NCBI GenBank assembly: GCA_001643675.2
Contig: LSRY02000079.1
Coordinates: forward strand, 1,632-65,631
Length of the DNA stretch: 64,000 bases
Reading direction: 5' to 3'
Origin: Monocercomonoides exilis PA203
Lineage: Eukaryota; Protista; Preaxostyla
Every line of letters starts with the position of its first letter. Position 1 is the first letter of the stretch. A program made the position numbers and the translations under genes. Under the pieces are notes generated by a model. That model had not been told where the DNA came from. It saw only the letters and a list, made by a program, of their open reading frames with translations, and ran no database searches. Shown one piece after another: positions 60,601 to 64,000 of this stretch.

Positions 60601-63600
60601 GTTCTGAAATCACATAGAAAAATGACTTGGGGGTATTGACTTGGGAGAGCTGTGGAGAGTGAAGGGAGGGCAAGTAATCGGAGTTAGAGGGATATGTTGG
60701 GGTATGTTAGTGGGGGTAGGATGTGGTGCAATTGCTAAGATATCTGTCCAGTGGTTGTCAAGTAACCATGTCACCAATAATTTTTTATATGAAAAATGAA
60801 TATTTTCTATGATAATTTTTCTATGTGATATTGACTGCCCGACCTCGAAGTGCCATCTTTTCGAAAAACTCACAGACTCAATTTGAGTTTGACTGAAAAA
60901 GGAGTTGAGTGGAGGATATCTGTGGAAGGGCTGATGGGCAGGGCTGGCAAAGGCCACAGGGCAAGTAGCAGTGAGGCGGGCTTTGTGCTGGGCCTATGGC
61001 TGAGCAGGCCCTGTGGCTTGGCCTGGCTCTATTTGACATATACTGTATTTCCCCAGTCAGAAAAGGTGACTGAGGGTACAATGTTCCGGTGGTTATAGAA
61101 ACTCAGGTGTTGGAGCCAGAGCTCCAGAAACAAAAGTGACAGTGTGCGCACAGACTGTGGCTGCACGCTGGGCAGGGTGCTGCTGGGCGCCTGTGTATCC
61201 TTCTGGCTGGGTGGGTCAGACACTCACTTTTTCACTGGGAAAACAGACTGGAAAACCCTTCGTTGGGCTGTATCTTTTTATCGGTCATAACTTACAGCTT
61301 GGCTGATGTGGGCAGAGTGGGCGTGTGGGCAGTGGCTACAAGGCTGGGTGGTGGGAGTGTGGCTGGGCTGGCTGGCTGAGCGGTGGTGTGAGAAAAGTGA
61401 GTGAAAAATGACTGGGCCAGCCATTGAGGTACCCCCTCTTTCAACGAACGTATCTCCTCAGGTGTTGGAGGGAGAGCTCCAGAAACAAAAGTGACGGTGC
61501 AGCGGGGGACCAGGGCTGTGCAGTGGGCAGGGTCTGGTTTGTGGGCTGTGGGCTGGGCCGGCTTGGTGGGCTGTGCACTGGGTTTTGTTCAGTCACTTTC
61601 ATTGAAAAACCTCAAATATGGTAAATGACCCTGGTGCCCAGACCAGAAAATCCATCTTTTTCGAAAAACTCATAGACTCAACTTTACTACACTCAGGTTT
61701 CCTCGATTTTTGTGACTTTTGATACTAGAAATACACTATGAAAATGGAATGTCTGAAAAACCTGCTTTGATACTAAAAGTGGAAAATTACACTACACCGA
61801 TGTTTTCGTGGCGTAGTGTAATAAGGATGAATTTGATACTAGAAATTTGAGCTCCTAGGAAAAGTGACCAAATTACACTACACTTCGAAAACCTCGGCGT
61901 AGTGTATTTGAGGTTTTTGATACTAGAAAATTTTGTCTATGAAATTTCTCTATGAAAAATACACTGTGGACCCCCATGTTCACAGACTCATAGCGCCTCA
62001 GGGGCAAGTCAGCGAAACTTCTCGTTGCCATAGAGGGTCTCGCTGCACACTCGCTCTACACAATGGTGGTAATCTCATTAGGCTCAGTTGATTGCCCTGA
62101 AGTTACAAGGCAAATACTCATATCTTTCCTATGAAAACCCTTTCTCAATGATATTTTATGCTATGGACCCTGTATATTCCATGGGTCATAGGGAATTACC
62201 TTTAAGAGCTGGAAAGTTCTAGATGCCATAGGGCAAGTAGCTGTGCTCTTGGAGTATCCAACGGTAGTAACATCTTAGCCCTCGGTCCATATGCCTTTTC
62301 ACTATACTCAATATACTGACATCTTTGAATGAAAAAGGTTCATTTTTCATAGGGGACCCCTTGTTCCCACCTCATATCTTTGATCGGTCATAACTTACAG
62401 ACATGCCAATGGTGCTGTGGGGTGGGCATGCCCTGCAGGTACAATGTGGCACACATTCGGCTGGTGGGCTGTGGCTGGGCCAAGGGCAGTGCCAGAAAAA
62501 GTGAGTATTTTCCATTGACTTTTTGAGTGACTTGGACCCCCTCATTGGCTGGCCTGTAGCGAATCACACAGGAATCTGGGAAAGTTCTCGATGCCATAGG
62601 GAAACTCGCTCCACACTTGCTCTATCCATTGGTGCTATCGCCATTGAGATCCTCAACTTCCCTATATCTATGGTCGATATACTAGTATCCTTCCTATGAA
62701 AAACTCCTTATCAATGAAATTCATTATACTAGGACCCCCTTATGTTTGTTGGATCATAGCTCCACAGGGTTAAGAGCTGGAAAGTTATAAATGTTATAGA
62801 GGGTCTAGCTGCACACTGTGCCTAGCCAATGGCAGTATTCCCGTTGGCCTCCTATGTAATCCCTTGCCACCACACTCAATATACTACTATCTTTCCTATG
62901 AGAAATTTCATTGAGAGAAAATATTGACTGGGACCCCTTATGTTCCAACCCCTTGTAGTGCCTCAGGCTTGAGAGTGAGACTCGAAAATGTTATAGAGGG
63001 TCTAGCTATACTCTCCCTCTATCCAACTGTGCTGCTTGTATTCCCACTACTCCACTTGCCTTGGAGCCATAGGCAAAATACATGAACATAGAAAAGTGAC
63101 TGACCTCCCCTGTGTTCCCACTCTCATATCTTTTTACTGGTCATAACTTACAGCCAAGCTGATATCACTGCAATGCGACCACACGTGCCTACAATATGGC
63201 ACACATCCAGTGTCTATGCCCTGCCTGTGTATTTCACTAGCCAGGGTTTTTCATAGGGAAAGTTGACTCAGACCCCCTTGTGTTTCCAGCCCTTGTAGCT
63301 TGCCAGGCTTGAGCTGGAAAGCTAAATGCCATAGAGGGTCTAGCTCCTCACTCACTCTATCCAACTATCCCACTGTAATTTCCACTCAACTTATACCCTT
63401 TTCACTATACTCAATATACTAACATTTTTGTATGATTTTCCACTTTTTCATATAGGACCCCCTTGTCTTCCAACCTTTATATCTTTTTATCGGTCATAAC
63501 TTACAGGCTAGCTGATGGTATGAGTTTGTGCGTATGCTCTGCCGCTACGTTTCCATAGGCATTCCACTCCACTCCTCTGGCTGCTCCAGCAGCAGTGTGA

Positions 63601-64000
63601 GAAAAAGTGAGAGGTTTCATAGGGCATTTCCTATGGAAACATTGAAGAGGCCATAGCGGGCCAGGCTTAAGAGCTGGAAGGCTGGAACAAAAAACCAGAT
63701 GAAAGGCAGCGAGGGCATACACAAGGTGGTGTGGTAGTGGCAAGGCTTTGGTGTGTCCCATCCCAAGAAACACTATGGAAGGATACTAAAAATTTTTCAT
63801 TGAGTATTTTTCTAGTATCATTTTGGGCATTTTCACTAGGCCGAGGTTTTTCGTGGCGTAGTGTAATTTTCGAGATTTTATTATCAGCTCAAAGGTTTTC
63901 GGTAAAGGGTCGTTTTCGTAGTGTAATTCTAAAGTATGAAAAAGGGAAAAAAACGAAAACCTGGGCGTAGTGTAATGAGTCTGAGTTTTTTGGAAAAGGT
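57624..64000 (+). other. IGS4 (partial, variant haplotype)
   Basis: Collinear with IGS2 but with many substitutions and indels; truncated by the window end. Confidence 0.93.
61652..64000. repeat. Foldback-like module with ~190-bp subrepeats (IGS4 copy; right arm reaches the window end)
   Basis: Left arm CCATCTTTTTCGAAAAACTCATAGACTCAA at 61652; right arm ...GAGTCTGAGTTTTTTGGAAAAGGT at the window end. Confidence 0.85.

Overview
This window is the edge of a eukaryotic ribosomal DNA tandem array on the + strand. About 4.3 kb of AT-rich, frameshift-ridden protein-coding flank is followed by a garbled partial unit at about 4.4-7.6 kb: a 3' LSU fragment, a ~70-bp satellite and an 18S/IGS mosaic. 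Three complete 18S-ITS1-5.8S-ITS2-28S units follow (18S starts at 13437, 30985 and 48201; periods 17,548 and 17,216 bp), then a fourth spacer cut by the window end. The rRNAs are very long (18S ~3.0 kb, 28S ~5.95 kb) because of expansion segments rather than introns. Together with a recognisable copy of a large hypothetical gene family in the flank, this points to an oxymonad, probably Monocercomonoides (inference, no search run). The ~8 kb intergenic spacer holds most of the novelty. (i) A ~2.4 kb foldback-like module with modular inverted arms encloses ~190-bp subrepeats. (ii) Two GC-rich hairpin islands lie downstream of 28S. (iii) The 5' ETS contains a degenerate copy of the 18S 5' region. 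(iv) Two rDNA ribotypes differ by structure-preserving changes in 28S/ITS2 and by linked IGS alleles. No 5S rRNA, tRNA, group I intron, R2 insertion or intact protein gene was found in the repeat. Several oddities look like long-read consensus artefacts and are flagged as such.
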